Below, piece after piece: positions 16,240 to 25,106 of a stretch of DNA of 33,364 nucleotides. The notes below the pieces were generated by a model. That model was given only the letters and a program-made list of their open reading frames with translations, was not told the origin of the DNA and did no database searches. The DNA comes from an uncultured Ectothiorhodospiraceae bacterium (GTDB taxonomy: Bacteria > Pseudomonadota > Gammaproteobacteria > SZUA-152): the NCBI GenBank assembly GCA_964614545.1, contig CAZTPE010000002.1:1-33364 (forward strand). Reading direction: 5' to 3'. A program made the position numbers and the translations under genes. Position 1 is the first letter of the stretch. Every line of letters starts with the position of its first letter.

Positions 16240-17204
16240 GATTTATCTCCTCTGGCTGATACACTACTTGTTGATAGACCATCGCCATCCCAATGCTGAT
16301 GCAACAACACCGCGATGGCGGCTGAAACCAGACGTGCAAGAGGCGGGTCAGAGCGGGACGGGAGCATCACCGGCACCTTGGCGCCAATGACAATACCCGC
16401 CAGTGTCGCCCCAGCAAGATATTCCAGATTCTTCGCCAGGATATTTCCTGCATCCAGATCGGGGGCCAGCAGAATGTCCACATCACCTGCCACTGGACTC
16501 ACAATTTGTTTTACCTTCGCCGCCTCACGCGAAATGGCATTATCAAAGGCCAGTGGCCCGTCCACCTCGGCACCACGGATTTGGCCACGCTGGGCCATCT
16601 TGCAGAGACAGGCGGCATCCAGTGTGGAAGGAATGCTGGGCTTGACCAATTCCACCGCCGACAGCACCGCAACCTTTGGCGTCGTCACCCCCAGAATGCG
16701 TGCCAGATCAATGGCATTTTGCAAGATCGCCGCCTTGGTGGTGAGATCGGGCGCGATGTTGATGGCCGCGTCGGTGATAAATAACAGCTTGTGATAATCG
16801 GGCAAATCGGCAATAAAAACATGACTCACACGCCGGCTCGTGCGCAACTGACGCAGCACCGGATGCATCAGTTCATCGGTGTGTATCCAGCCCTTGACCA
16901 GCGCCGCTGCCCGCCCCTCCAGCACCTGTTGCACCCCAATATCAGCAGCCTGAAAACCCGAAGATACATCGAGAATTTCAAACCGCTCTACGGGACAACC
17001 CAGTTGCCGGCATACCGCCTCTACTTCACTTCGGGGACCCACCAGCAACGGTTCAATAAGTCCACGATCACTGGCCTCCACGACGCCGGCCAACACATGA
17101 GCCTCCTGCGCATCCACCACCGCCACTGGCAGTGGTGAATATTGCCGCGCCGCGTCAATAATTTTCTGCATGTGTTCGGGGATTTGCTTTTCCAAGATAT
17201 TCAT
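16236..17204 (-). CDS. Phosphate acetyl/butyryl-transferase family protein (PTA_PTB)
   Basis: ORF 16236..17348. I prefer ATG 17204 (MNILEKQIPEHMQKIIDAAR...), which lies downstream of the peroxiredoxin stop. Motifs: VAVVDAQEAHVLAG, EPLLVGP, HVFIADLPDYHKLLFITDAAINI, MLPSRSD. Its stop overlaps the aldolase ATG (ATGA). Confidence 0.8.
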   Translation of the reverse strand: MNILEKQIPEHMQKIIDAARQYSPLPVAVVDAQEAHVLAGVVEASDRGLIEPLLVGPRSEVEAVCRQLGCPVERFEILDVSSGFQAADIGVQQVLEGRAAALVKGWIHTDELMHPVLRQLRTSRRVSHVFIADLPDYHKLLFITDAAINIAPDLTTKAAILQNAIDLARILGVTTPKVAVLSAVELVKPSIPSTLDAACLCKMAQRGQIRGAEVDGPLAFDNAISREAAKVKQIVSPVAGDVDILLAPDLDAGNILAKNLEYLAGATLAGIVIGAKVPVMLPSRSDPPLARLVSAAIAVLLHQHWDGDGLSTSSVSARGDKS

Positions 17205-17238
17205 CCCTCTTTCGAGCACGCTGACAGGTCCGCTGGAA

Positions 17239-17889
17239 TCATTTCTGTAAAGGTTTATGGCAGAACCACCAGTCATAGCAATCATGTTCCTGCATGCGCT
17301 TGGCAGCAGTTGCCTCATCGGTGGCCGGTGGAACGATGACCTGATCACCGATCAATTCATTGTTTGGCCAGCCGGCCGGAATAGCGCCCTGGGCATCGGA
17401 AACCTGCAAGGCCTGCAGGGCCCGCAGCACCTCATCGATATTTCTGCCAATCTCCTGCGGATAGTACAGCACCAACCTGACCTTGCTTTTCGGGTCGACA
17501 ATGAAAACAGCCCGCACCGTATTACTGCCCTTTTCCGGATGCAACATGCCCAGCGTGCTGGCAATGCGATCATTGGCCGCAACGATGGGGAAGGTGATTT
17601 CGATATCGAGGTTTTCCTTGATCCACTGCGTCCACTTGATATGCGAAAAGACCTGATCCACGGACATGCCGATCAGCTTACAACCAAGTTTCTCGAACTG
17701 TTCACAGCGCTTCTGAAAAGCGAAGAATTCCGTGGTGCAGACGGGCGTAAAATCGGCAGGATGGCTAAACAAGACAAACCATTGGCCTTTCATGTCTTCG
17801 GGAATATTCATCGGGCCGTGGGTGGTCTGCACGCTCAGGCTGGGAAAGTCGTCGCCCAGCAAGGGAATAGATGTCTGGTTTTCTTGCAT
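17239..17889 (-). CDS. Peroxiredoxin, Prx6-subfamily type with C-terminal CxDWWFC motif
   Basis: ORF 17239..17976. Preferred ATG is 17889, with GGAGAA SD. Motifs: [26 protein letters not shown] (peroxidatic Cys), and the C-terminal [13 protein letters not shown]. Confidence 0.9.
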   Translation of the reverse strand: MQENQTSIPLLGDDFPSLSVQTTHGPMNIPEDMKGQWFVLFSHPADFTPVCTTEFFAFQKRCEQFEKLGCKLIGMSVDQVFSHIKWTQWIKENLDIEITFPIVAANDRIASTLGMLHPEKGSNTVRAVFIVDPKSKVRLVLYYPQEIGRNIDEVLRALQALQVSDAQGAIPAGWPNNELIGDQVIVPPATDEATAAKRMQEHDCYDWWFCHKPLQK

Positions 17890-17938
17890 AATGTTCTCCG
17901 TGGCTTGTTGTCTTAGTCTTGCTGTCTTAGTAAAGGCA

Positions 17939-19354
17939 TCAATGCCCCACAGGCCCGTGCGCGGCCAGTGCCACACGCGCGGCCTGCGCGAAGGATTCCG
18001 TTAGCGTCGGATGAGGATGGATCGCCGCAGCAATGGCTTCCAGTGGCAGACCGGCATGAACCAGCAGCGCGGCCTCGCCCATCAGATTCGCAGCACCATC
18101 GACCAGTGCATGCACGCCAATAATTTTTCTGTCTAACGTATTGTAGACAATCTTGAGCAGACCGCTGTCGTGTCCGCCGATCTGCGCGCGGGCATCCTGG
18201 GAAAAATCGTAGCGGGCCACTGCGACATCCATGCCCGCTGCCTTGGCCTGCTCTTCGGTCAGGCCGGCCATGGCCAGTTCCGGGGTACTGAAAATGACGG
18301 CGGAATTGTGCATGGGCTGCGGAAATGGCGCGGGCTGGCCCAGCAGGTGACGCGCCAGAGCCAGCCCCTGCGCGGTGGCCCAGTGCGCAAACATGGGCTG
18401 CCCCGCCACATCGCCCACAGCATAGATACCCGGCTCAGTGGTCTGCAGAGCCTCATCAACGGTAATGCCATGCGGGGTTGCGCTGATTGCTGTGGTCTCC
18501 AGACCCAGTCCGTCGATGTGCGCGTGTCGACCTGCGGCCGTCAATACGGCGGTGGCAAAGGATTGGTCACAGCCGCCCTCCGCCAGGTCATATTGCACAA
18601 ACAGCCCCTTGCCGGTGTGGCAGATGGTCTTGACCGAAACATTGAGCTGCAGCGTAATGCCCTGCACAATCAAGTGCTGCTCCAGCAGTCGGGCCAGCTC
18701 CTCGTCAACGCCACTCAGAATACGTGGCCCGCGCTCCAGCAGGGTAACGTTTGCCCCCAAGGCACGAAAAACCTGTGCCAGTTCCACGCCGATGGGCCCA
18801 CCGCCAATAACCGTTAAATATTCAGGGATGCACTCGATATCGAGAATGGCGTCGCTGCTGAAGACGCGAGGCAGATCGGCACCATGTACAGGCAGGCGGT
18901 TGGGTCGGGATCCCGTGGCCAGAATGCACTGCTCGAAGTGCAACGTGAAGGGTTCACCCTCGTGCGGCTGAATCTCTGCCTGTCGCGTCCCTTGTAGTTG
19001 TGCATGCCCAAACAGCAGATCCAGCGTCTTTATTTGCGCCACCCTATTGATGGCTGCCCCACTGCGGCGCTGCAGGATCTCTCGTTTGCGCGCCTGTACC
19101 TTGCGCCAATCGAGTTGCACCAGCTCGGTGGGCAGCCGGATGCCAAACTCTGCCGCGCGGGTGATATCACGCAGGCGGCGCGCCGTCTCGTGAAATATCT
19201 TCGACGGAATACAGCCCTCGAACAGACAGGTGCCGCCCAAGCCGGTTCCCGCCTCCACCAGCAGCACCTTCTTGCCGGCCTGCGCCAGCGCCATCGCTGC
19301 AGGTGTTCCACCGGGCCCGCCACCGATCACCAGAATATCGTATTGCTTGTCCAT
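17939..19354 (-). CDS. lpdA: Dihydrolipoyl dehydrogenase family flavoprotein (E3-like class I pyridine nucleotide-disulfide oxidoreductase)
   Basis: ORF 17939..19372. The start is either ATG 19372 or ATG 19354 ([16 protein letters not shown]). Redox disulfide [13 protein letters not shown] (CxxxxC). Second Rossmann fold [13 protein letters not shown]-terminal HPHPTLTES His-Pro motif. Confidence 0.85.
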   Translation of the reverse strand: MDKQYDILVIGGGPGGTPAAMALAQAGKKVLLVEAGTGLGGTCLFEGCIPSKIFHETARRLRDITRAAEFGIRLPTELVQLDWRKVQARKREILQRRSGAAINRVAQIKTLDLLFGHAQLQGTRQAEIQPHEGEPFTLHFEQCILATGSRPNRLPVHGADLPRVFSSDAILDIECIPEYLTVIGGGPIGVELAQVFRALGANVTLLERGPRILSGVDEELARLLEQHLIVQGITLQLNVSVKTICHTGKGLFVQYDLAEGGCDQSFATAVLTAAGRHAHIDGLGLETTAISATPHGITVDEALQTTEPGIYAVGDVAGQPMFAHWATAQGLALARHLLGQPAPFPQPMHNSAVIFSTPELAMAGLTEEQAKAAGMDVAVARYDFSQDARAQIGGHDSGLLKIVYNTLDRKIIGVHALVDGAANLMGEAALLVHAGLPLEAIAAAIHPHPTLTESFAQAARVALAAHGPVGH

Positions 19355-19442
19355 GGCTGTTGCTATCCCCATATTTTGTCAGGCAACGAAAAGAGCGAAG
19401 ACAAACACTAACACCGCCCGCACCCGGCATCTGTAACTCAGG

Positions 19443-19474
19443 TTGCACACCCCTGCGTCATCCACCGGTACAAT
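19443..19474 (+). promoter_or_regulatory. Weak sigma70-like promoter candidate upstream of the DUF360 gene
   Basis: ttgcac (19443-19448) and tacaat (19469-19474). The spacer is 20 nt, which is longer than optimal. Confidence 0.2.
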
Positions 19475-19511
19475 GCGGCAACTACCACATCAAAAACAGA
19501 AAAAGGAACAC

Positions 19512-19913
19512 ATGCTGATGGGATTTCTTTTTATCTGGCTGATCACGGCCCTGGGGCTGTGGATAGTGACCCGTATCGTGCCGGGCGTGCGCGTCAATTC
19601 CACCGGCGGACTGTTTTGGGCGGCACTTGTGCTGGGCCTGGTCAACGCCTTCATCCGCCCGATTCTATGGATTCTGACCCTGCCCTTGACCGTCTTCACC
19701 TTCGGCCTGTTCGCCCTGGTGATCAACGCCTTCACCCTGTGGCTGACCGCGGCAATAGTGAAAGACTTTGAGGTCGATAGTTTCGGCAGCGCCCTGCTGG
19801 CGGCACTGGTAATGGCACTGCTAGGCGTGCTCGGCTTCATCCTGCTGAGCTGGATGATGATGGGCGAGGTGCACTGGATCATGTACCGAAGTGGATCCGG
19901 CATGTATTTCTAA
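19512..19913 (+). CDS. DUF360 / phage-holin-4 superfamily small membrane protein (YvlD-like)
   Basis: ORF 19443..19913. Preferred ATG is 19512, with AAGGA SD. The segment LVNAFIRPILWILTLPLTVFTFGLFALVINAFTLWLTAAIV.DFEVDSFGSA closely parallels the conserved core of B. subtilis YvlD-type proteins. Confidence 0.8.
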   Translation: MLMGFLFIWLITALGLWIVTRIVPGVRVNSTGGLFWAALVLGLVNAFIRPILWILTLPLTVFTFGLFALVINAFTLWLTAAIVKDFEVDSFGSALLAALVMALLGVLGFILLSWMMMGEVHWIMYRSGSGMYF

Positions 19914-20032
19914 CAGGTCTTTATATCTAACCTTAATTGGTTGCCCGAAAATATACCGGAACAATATGAAGGGAATACAGTCTGAAATTAATGGGTCTTG
20001 CTACGGCCGTACGTTAATTTGAGACTAACACT

Positions 20033-20722
20033 ATGCGCATCCTGGTCATTGAAGACGACATTGAAACAGCAAGCTATATTGCCAAGGGCCTGAAAGAGCA
20101 TGGCCACACGGTCGATCAGTCCACGGATGGCAGGGATGGCCTGTTCATGGCGCTGGAGAATGACTACGACATCATCATCCTCGATCGCATGCTGCCTGCG
20201 CTCGACGGTCTGTCGATACTGAAAACCCTGCGTAGTTCGAACCGGCAGACGCCGGTGATCATCCTCAGCGCCCTGGGCGAAGTGGACGACCGGGTGCAGG
20301 GGCTGAAGGCCGGCGGCGATGACTATCTGGTCAAGCCCTTTGCCTTCTCCGAATTACTGGCACGGATCGAGGTGCTGCTGCGGCGCGGCGATATGAAGCC
20401 CGATAACAGTCAACTGAAGGTGGCCAACCTGGAACTGGATCGCCTTACCCATGCGGTCAAGCGGGCCGGCAAGACCATTGACCTGCAACCGCGCGAATAT
20501 CTGATCCTCGAATTTCTCATGCAGCACGCCGGCCAGATTGTCACCCGCACCATGCTGTTGGAAAGCGTCTGGGATTATCACTTCGATCCACAGACCAACA
20601 TCATTGATGTACACATCAGCCGCTTGCGTAACAAGATCGACAAAGGCTTTGAACTCGCCCTGTTGCAGACCGTTCGCGGCGCCGGTTATTGCCTGCGCGA
20701 ACCCGCAGCGAAATCGGAATAG
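20033..20722 (+). CDS. OmpR/PhoB-family response regulator (receiver + winged helix)
   Basis: 229 aa. Motifs: MRILVIEDD, phospho-acceptor region DIIILDRMLPALDG, LVKPF, and wHTH segment LQPREYLILEFL...IIDVHISRLRNKID...TVRGAGY. Confidence 0.9.
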   Translation: MRILVIEDDIETASYIAKGLKEHGHTVDQSTDGRDGLFMALENDYDIIILDRMLPALDGLSILKTLRSSNRQTPVIILSALGEVDDRVQGLKAGGDDYLVKPFAFSELLARIEVLLRRGDMKPDNSQLKVANLELDRLTHAVKRAGKTIDLQPREYLILEFLMQHAGQIVTRTMLLESVWDYHFDPQTNIIDVHISRLRNKIDKGFELALLQTVRGAGYCLREPAAKSE

Positions 20723-20725
20723 TCC

Positions 20726-22096
20726 GTGCAACACCGCCTCCTGCGCAGCTTCAGTTTCCGCCTCGCCTTCACCTACATGGCACTGTTCGGAGCCTCAGTA
20801 TTGGTACTGCTGGGGTTTATCTACTGGTCGACAGCAGCCTATATGTCGCAGCAGACCGACGCCACCATTGACGCCGAGATCACCGGCCTGGCGGAACGTT
20901 ACGATATGGGCGGGCTCGACGGGCTCATCGACGTCATCAATGAACGGCTTTCGCGCAAGCCCACCGGCTCCTCCATCTATCTGCTCACCACTGCGCTCAA
21001 CACCCCCATCGCCGGCAACCTCAATCGCTGGCCAGCGGTGCAGGCTGACAAGGATAGCTGGCTGAACTTCCGGCTTGAAAACGCCGGCCGCGACAAGGAT
21101 GAAGTCCACCTGGCCCGGGCGCGTAGCTTTACCCTGTCCGGTGGTTTTCACCTGCTGGTCGGCCGTGACATCTACGAACTGGAAGAGACCCAACAGCGCA
21201 TCATCCGCGCCTTGATTCTTGGCTTTGTCATCACCCTGGTCCTCGGTGGCGTCGGCGGTGTGGTCCTCAGCCGCCAAGTCATGAAGCGCCTCGAATCCAT
21301 CAACACCATCAGCCGCGAGATCATCGAAGGCGACCTGTCACGGCGCATTCCCCTGCGCCACAGCGGCGATGAATTCGACTCACTGGCCAGCAACCTCAAT
21401 GCCATGCTCGACCGTATCGAGGAGTTAATGGACGATGTGCGGCGCGTCTCCGACAGCATCGCCCATGACCTGCGCACGCCGCTGGCGCGGCTGCGCAACC
21501 GGCTTGAACTGCTGTGTATCGATACGGAAAAACACGACGGCGATGCCGTTCTGGCCAAACAGGCCATGAGTGATGCCGACGGCCTGCTGGAAACCTTCAA
21601 TGCCCTGCTGCGCATCGCCCGCATCGAAACCCGGCAGCGCCGCGAGGCCTTCGACAAACTGGATATGGGCACTCTTCTACACGACGTGGTTGAACTTTAC
21701 GAACCACTGGCGGAAGAAAAGGGTCAGTCGTTGAAACTGCAAATAGACGATATTGTGCACTTGCACGGCGACCGTGACCTGCTGTTCCAGGCAATGGCCA
21801 ACCTGCTCGACAACGCCATCAAATATACCCCATCGCAGGGACGGATTCGGGTCACCCTTGAGGCGAGGGACGGACATGGCCGGATCACCCTGGCCGACAG
21901 CGGCCCCGGCATTCCAGAGACGGAACGGCAACAGGTGTTGCAACGTTTCTACCGGCTGGAAAAGAGTCGCACCAGTCCCGGCAGTGGACTGGGGTTGAGT
22001 CTGGTGAAGGCAGTGGCGAAAATCCACGGCATGACGATGAAACTGGAAGACAACCGGCCGGGCCTGCGTGTGGTATGCGAATTTCCGGCCAGTTGA
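20726..22096 (+). CDS. Sensor histidine kinase (2 TM, periplasmic loop, HAMP, HisKA, HATPase_c)
   Basis: 456 aa. GTG start 3 nt after the response-regulator stop. H-box SDSIAHDLRTPLA. N-box NLLDNAIKYTP. G-boxes DSGPGIP and GSGLGLSLV. Confidence 0.9.
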   Translation: MQHRLLRSFSFRLAFTYMALFGASVLVLLGFIYWSTAAYMSQQTDATIDAEITGLAERYDMGGLDGLIDVINERLSRKPTGSSIYLLTTALNTPIAGNLNRWPAVQADKDSWLNFRLENAGRDKDEVHLARARSFTLSGGFHLLVGRDIYELEETQQRIIRALILGFVITLVLGGVGGVVLSRQVMKRLESINTISREIIEGDLSRRIPLRHSGDEFDSLASNLNAMLDRIEELMDDVRRVSDSIAHDLRTPLARLRNRLELLCIDTEKHDGDAVLAKQAMSDADGLLETFNALLRIARIETRQRREAFDKLDMGTLLHDVVELYEPLAEEKGQSLKLQIDDIVHLHGDRDLLFQAMANLLDNAIKYTPSQGRIRVTLEARDGHGRITLADSGPGIPETERQQVLQRFYRLEKSRTSPGSGLGLSLVKAVAKIHGMTMKLEDNRPGLRVVCEFPAS

Positions 22097-22109
22097 GGGG
22101 GATATTACA

Positions 22110-22177
22110 TTGTGGGAGCGGCTTCAGCCGCGATACCCCTGGCAAAAGGTTATTCGCGGCTGAAGCCGCTCCCACAA
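22110..22177. repeat. REP-like extragenic palindrome (24-bp perfect inverted repeat, 20-nt loop)
   Basis: ttgtgggagcggcttcagccgcga (22110-22133) is the exact reverse complement of tcgcggctgaagccgctcccacaa (22154-22177). Each arm contains its own gcggc-ttca-gccgc sub-hairpin. A 12-nt partial copy, tgtgggagcggc, occurs at 30765-30776. Confidence 0.75.
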
Positions 22178-22359
22178 AAACGCTGCACCCATCCAGGCGA
22201 GCAGCGGGATATTCAATCCGCAAACATTAACAAAACTTAATCTTCCCTCCACCTGCAGTTAAACCGTGAAGCGCTAATGTAATCCCCGAAGTTGGTGTTC
22301 AATGCGCCAACCATCAGAACAACCCCATTGGGTTTTTCAACAGATACGAGGATATTCAC

Positions 22360-23031
22360 ATGAAGACCACCGCAAAACATTCGTTAAGTGCATTAGCTCT
22401 GGCCATCACCCTGGGCCTGGGCGCCACAGTCAGCCTGGCCGCCACACCGGTTCAGGCAAAGCCGGCCACGGCGATAGACGCTGCCGCAAGCCACTCAAAG
22501 ACAGCGAGTCCCGAGCAACAGCAACTCCAGCACGCCGATGCTCTTGCCCAAAACGGTCGCGAGGCCATGTCGTACATTGTCGCGGCGCGCCAACTGCTTA
22601 CCGACCAGCATGGTGAAGAGGCCCGCCAGTACCTCGAAAAGGCCAAAGGCCTGTTGACGGAACTGAACACCGAAATCACTGCCGAAGGGAACAACGGCAA
22701 CGGCCTGCTACCCATCTATTCACAGTTGGGCCTCACGGAGGAAGTGGAAATCACCGACCAAGTCAAACAGAAACTGCACGATATCTATCCTGATGTCATC
22801 CGTGGTAAGCACGAACAGGTTGTCGAGGCCCTCAAGGCCGTCGGTATTGAGCTACAGTACCGCTTTGTCGACATGCCCGTTGCAGCCACCCTTGGAAAAG
22901 TGGAATCCGCCCTCAAATCTCTTTCAGCACAAGACACCGAACAGGCCGGCCAGGCACTGGCCGATGCCCAGCAAGGCCTGATCCACGACAGCATTATCAT
23001 CAATGAGGTCGATGACAACCCGGCCGGATAA
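22360..23031 (+). CDS. YfdX-family periplasmic protein
   Basis: 223 aa. Signal peptide MKTTAKHSLSALALAITLGLGATVSLAA. The segment LAQNGREAMSYIVAARQLL..QHGEEARQYLEKAKGLL and the C-terminal ALADAQQGLIHDSIII parallel E. coli YfdX ([29 protein letters not shown]...ALADAQKLL...GIIVDSEAL). GAGGA SD. Confidence 0.65.
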   Translation: MKTTAKHSLSALALAITLGLGATVSLAATPVQAKPATAIDAAASHSKTASPEQQQLQHADALAQNGREAMSYIVAARQLLTDQHGEEARQYLEKAKGLLTELNTEITAEGNNGNGLLPIYSQLGLTEEVEITDQVKQKLHDIYPDVIRGKHEQVVEALKAVGIELQYRFVDMPVAATLGKVESALKSLSAQDTEQAGQALADAQQGLIHDSIIINEVDDNPAG

Positions 23032-23074
23032 ACCGGTCGTGCGGCGCACCGAACCTTTACAAGGAGCCAATAAC

Positions 23075-24085
23075 ATGAATGCAAACATCGCCCCGGCCGC
23101 CACAAATACCGCCGACAGTGCGGCCTATCAAGCCTTTCATCAGGTTCGCCAACACCTGCAAGGACGCATCATTGGCCAGCAGGCGCTGGTCGAGCGCCTG
23201 CTGATTGCGCTGCTGGCCGACGGCCATCTGCTGGTGGAAGGTGCACCGGGGCTGGCCAAGACCACCGCCATCAAGGAACTGGCCGCGGTGCTGGAGGGCG
23301 ACTTTCACCGCCTGCAATTCACCCCGGACCTGCTACCCAGCGACCTCACCGGCACCGACATCTACCGCCCGGAGAGCGGCGACTTTCATTTCCAGCCGGG
23401 GCCACTGTTCCACAACCTGATCCTCGCCGATGAAATCAACCGCGCCCCGGCCAAAGTGCAGTCGGCACTGCTCGAAGCGATGGGGGAAAAACAGATCACC
23501 GTCGGCCGTCACACCTATCCCCTGCCGCGCCCATTTCTGGTTATGGCCACACAAAACCCCATCGAGCAGGAAGGCACCTACGCCCTGCCCGAGGCCCAGC
23601 TGGATCGTTTTTTGATGCACGTGCGCATCGGTTATCCCGACGTCCAGGCGGAACACGCGATTCTGAAACTGGCCCGCCAGCAGGCGGAGCGCGAAGACAT
23701 CGCCCCGGCGGCCACTGAGGTGGCACTGAGCAAGGCACAGATCTTTGCCGCCCGTCAGGAGGTGTTGCACATCCACATGGCCGAAGCGGTGGAGGAGTAC
23801 CTGGTGCAACTGGTACTCGCCAGCCGCGACCCGGCGCCCTACAGTTCGGCGCTGGCCCGCTGGGTGAGTTATGGCGCCAGCCCGCGCGCCACCATCGCCC
23901 TCGATCGCTGCGCCCGCGCCCATGCCTGGCTGGACGGCCGCGACTATGTGTCGCCGGCCGACGTGCAGGCGGTGGCCTTCGACGTGCTGCGCCATCGGGT
24001 GCTGATCTCCTTCGAGGCCGAGGCCGAAGGCATGAACGCCGATGATGTGATCCGCGAGCTGCTGAAACTGATCCCGGTTGCCTGA
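23075..24085 (+). CDS. MoxR-family AAA+ ATPase
   Basis: ORF 23003..24085. Preferred ATG is 23075, with AAGGAG 8 nt upstream. Walker A EGAPGLAKT. Walker B and sensor LILADEINRAPAKVQSALLEAM. Also ATQNPIEQEGTYALPEAQLDRF. Confidence 0.9.
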   Translation: MNANIAPAATNTADSAAYQAFHQVRQHLQGRIIGQQALVERLLIALLADGHLLVEGAPGLAKTTAIKELAAVLEGDFHRLQFTPDLLPSDLTGTDIYRPESGDFHFQPGPLFHNLILADEINRAPAKVQSALLEAMGEKQITVGRHTYPLPRPFLVMATQNPIEQEGTYALPEAQLDRFLMHVRIGYPDVQAEHAILKLARQQAEREDIAPAATEVALSKAQIFAARQEVLHIHMAEAVEEYLVQLVLASRDPAPYSSALARWVSYGASPRATIALDRCARAHAWLDGRDYVSPADVQAVAFDVLRHRVLISFEAEAEGMNADDVIRELLKLIPVA

Positions 24086-24086
24086 A

Positions 24087-25106
24087 ATGAAACTGCTGGA
24101 CAGACTCTTCCCGGGACGGAAACAACACCGCGACACCCGCGCCGCCGATGCGACAACTGATCTGGCCCTCAATCCGGCCACGCGGGCCGGCCTCGACGAG
24201 CTCATCGCCCTGCGCCAGCAGGCCCGCAAGCTCAACCTCGGCCGCAAGCAGGCGGCACTGGCGCAGCTGGCCGGCGGCCATGCCTCACGCTTTCGCGGCC
24301 GGGGCATGGACTATCAGGAATCACGCATCTATCAGCCCGGCGACGATATCCGCAGCATGGACTGGCGGGTCACCGCACGCACCGGCCGACCGCATACCAA
24401 GCTCTATCAGGAAGAGCGGGAACGCCCGGTGGTGCTGTGCGTGGATCTGAATCCAGGCATGTTTTTTGCCAGCCGGGGCGCTCTCAAATCGGTGGTCGCC
24501 GCCCGCGCCGCCAGCCTCATCGCCTGGGCGGCCGCCGCCCACGGCGATCGTATCGGCGCCCTGCTGTTCAACGGCAACCATCACGAGCTTCCACCGCGTG
24601 GCGGCAAGCACGGCGTGCTGCGCCTGATCCGTCAGCTGGTAGCGCAGAGCGATCCACTGGAGAACCTCCAGCGCCCGCCCCACCCGCAGGGACTCAATGC
24701 GGCGCTGGCCCGCCTGCGCCGGGTCAGCCGGCCCGGCAGCCTGATCTTTCTGCTGAGTGACTTTTATGGCATCGACGAGGAGACCGGCAAGCACCTGATG
24801 CGGCTGCGCCAGCATAACGACGTGATCGCCATCCAGCTGCTCGATGCGCTGGAGCTTGCACCGCCGCCTCCGGCGCGTTACGGCGTCAGTGACGGCCAGC
24901 ACACGGGTATCCTCGACACCCGTTCGGCCGTGGCGAGAAAGGCCTACAGCGATTTCTTCAGCCAGCATCACCGGGCGCTGCAGGAACTTATGCGCAGCCG
25001 GGCCATCCCGCTGCTGCCACTGTCCACCGACGATGACGTGGCCAGTGTCCTGCGTCGCCGCCTTGGCGCGGCACAGACCAAACCCGCACAGGAGACGGCG
25101 GCATGA
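24087..25106 (+). CDS. DUF58 domain protein (vWA-like, MoxR partner)
   Basis: The ATG at 24087 lies 1 nt after the MoxR stop; the tracked TTG start at 24078 is rejected. Motifs: FRGRGMDYQESRIYQPGDDIRSMDWRVTARTGRPHTKLYQEE, VVLCVDLN, IFLLSDF. Confidence 0.9.
   Translation: MKLLDRLFPGRKQHRDTRAADATTDLALNPATRAGLDELIALRQQARKLNLGRKQAALAQLAGGHASRFRGRGMDYQESRIYQPGDDIRSMDWRVTARTGRPHTKLYQEERERPVVLCVDLNPGMFFASRGALKSVVAARAASLIAWAAAAHGDRIGALLFNGNHHELPPRGGKHGVLRLIRQLVAQSDPLENLQRPPHPQGLNAALARLRRVSRPGSLIFLLSDFYGIDEETGKHLMRLRQHNDVIAIQLLDALELAPPPPARYGVSDGQHTGILDTRSAVARKAYSDFFSQHHRALQELMRSRAIPLLPLSTDDDVASVLRRRLGAAQTKPAQETAA

Noticed and set aside
15544-18817. Plus-strand ORFs 15544..16299, 16315..16794, 17257..17916 and 18170..18817, antisense to the aldolase, pta-like, prx and lpd genes
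   Set aside because: No motifs are present. Each is fully contained opposite a confidently identified gene. They are consistent with GC-driven shadow ORFs.
22227-22262. TTAA-containing half-sites spaced 10 and 22 nt apart upstream of yfdX, as a possible OmpR-type response-regulator site
   Set aside because: The shared motif is only 4-5 nt in an AT-rich stretch, so it is expected by chance. It is not reportable without comparative or binding data.
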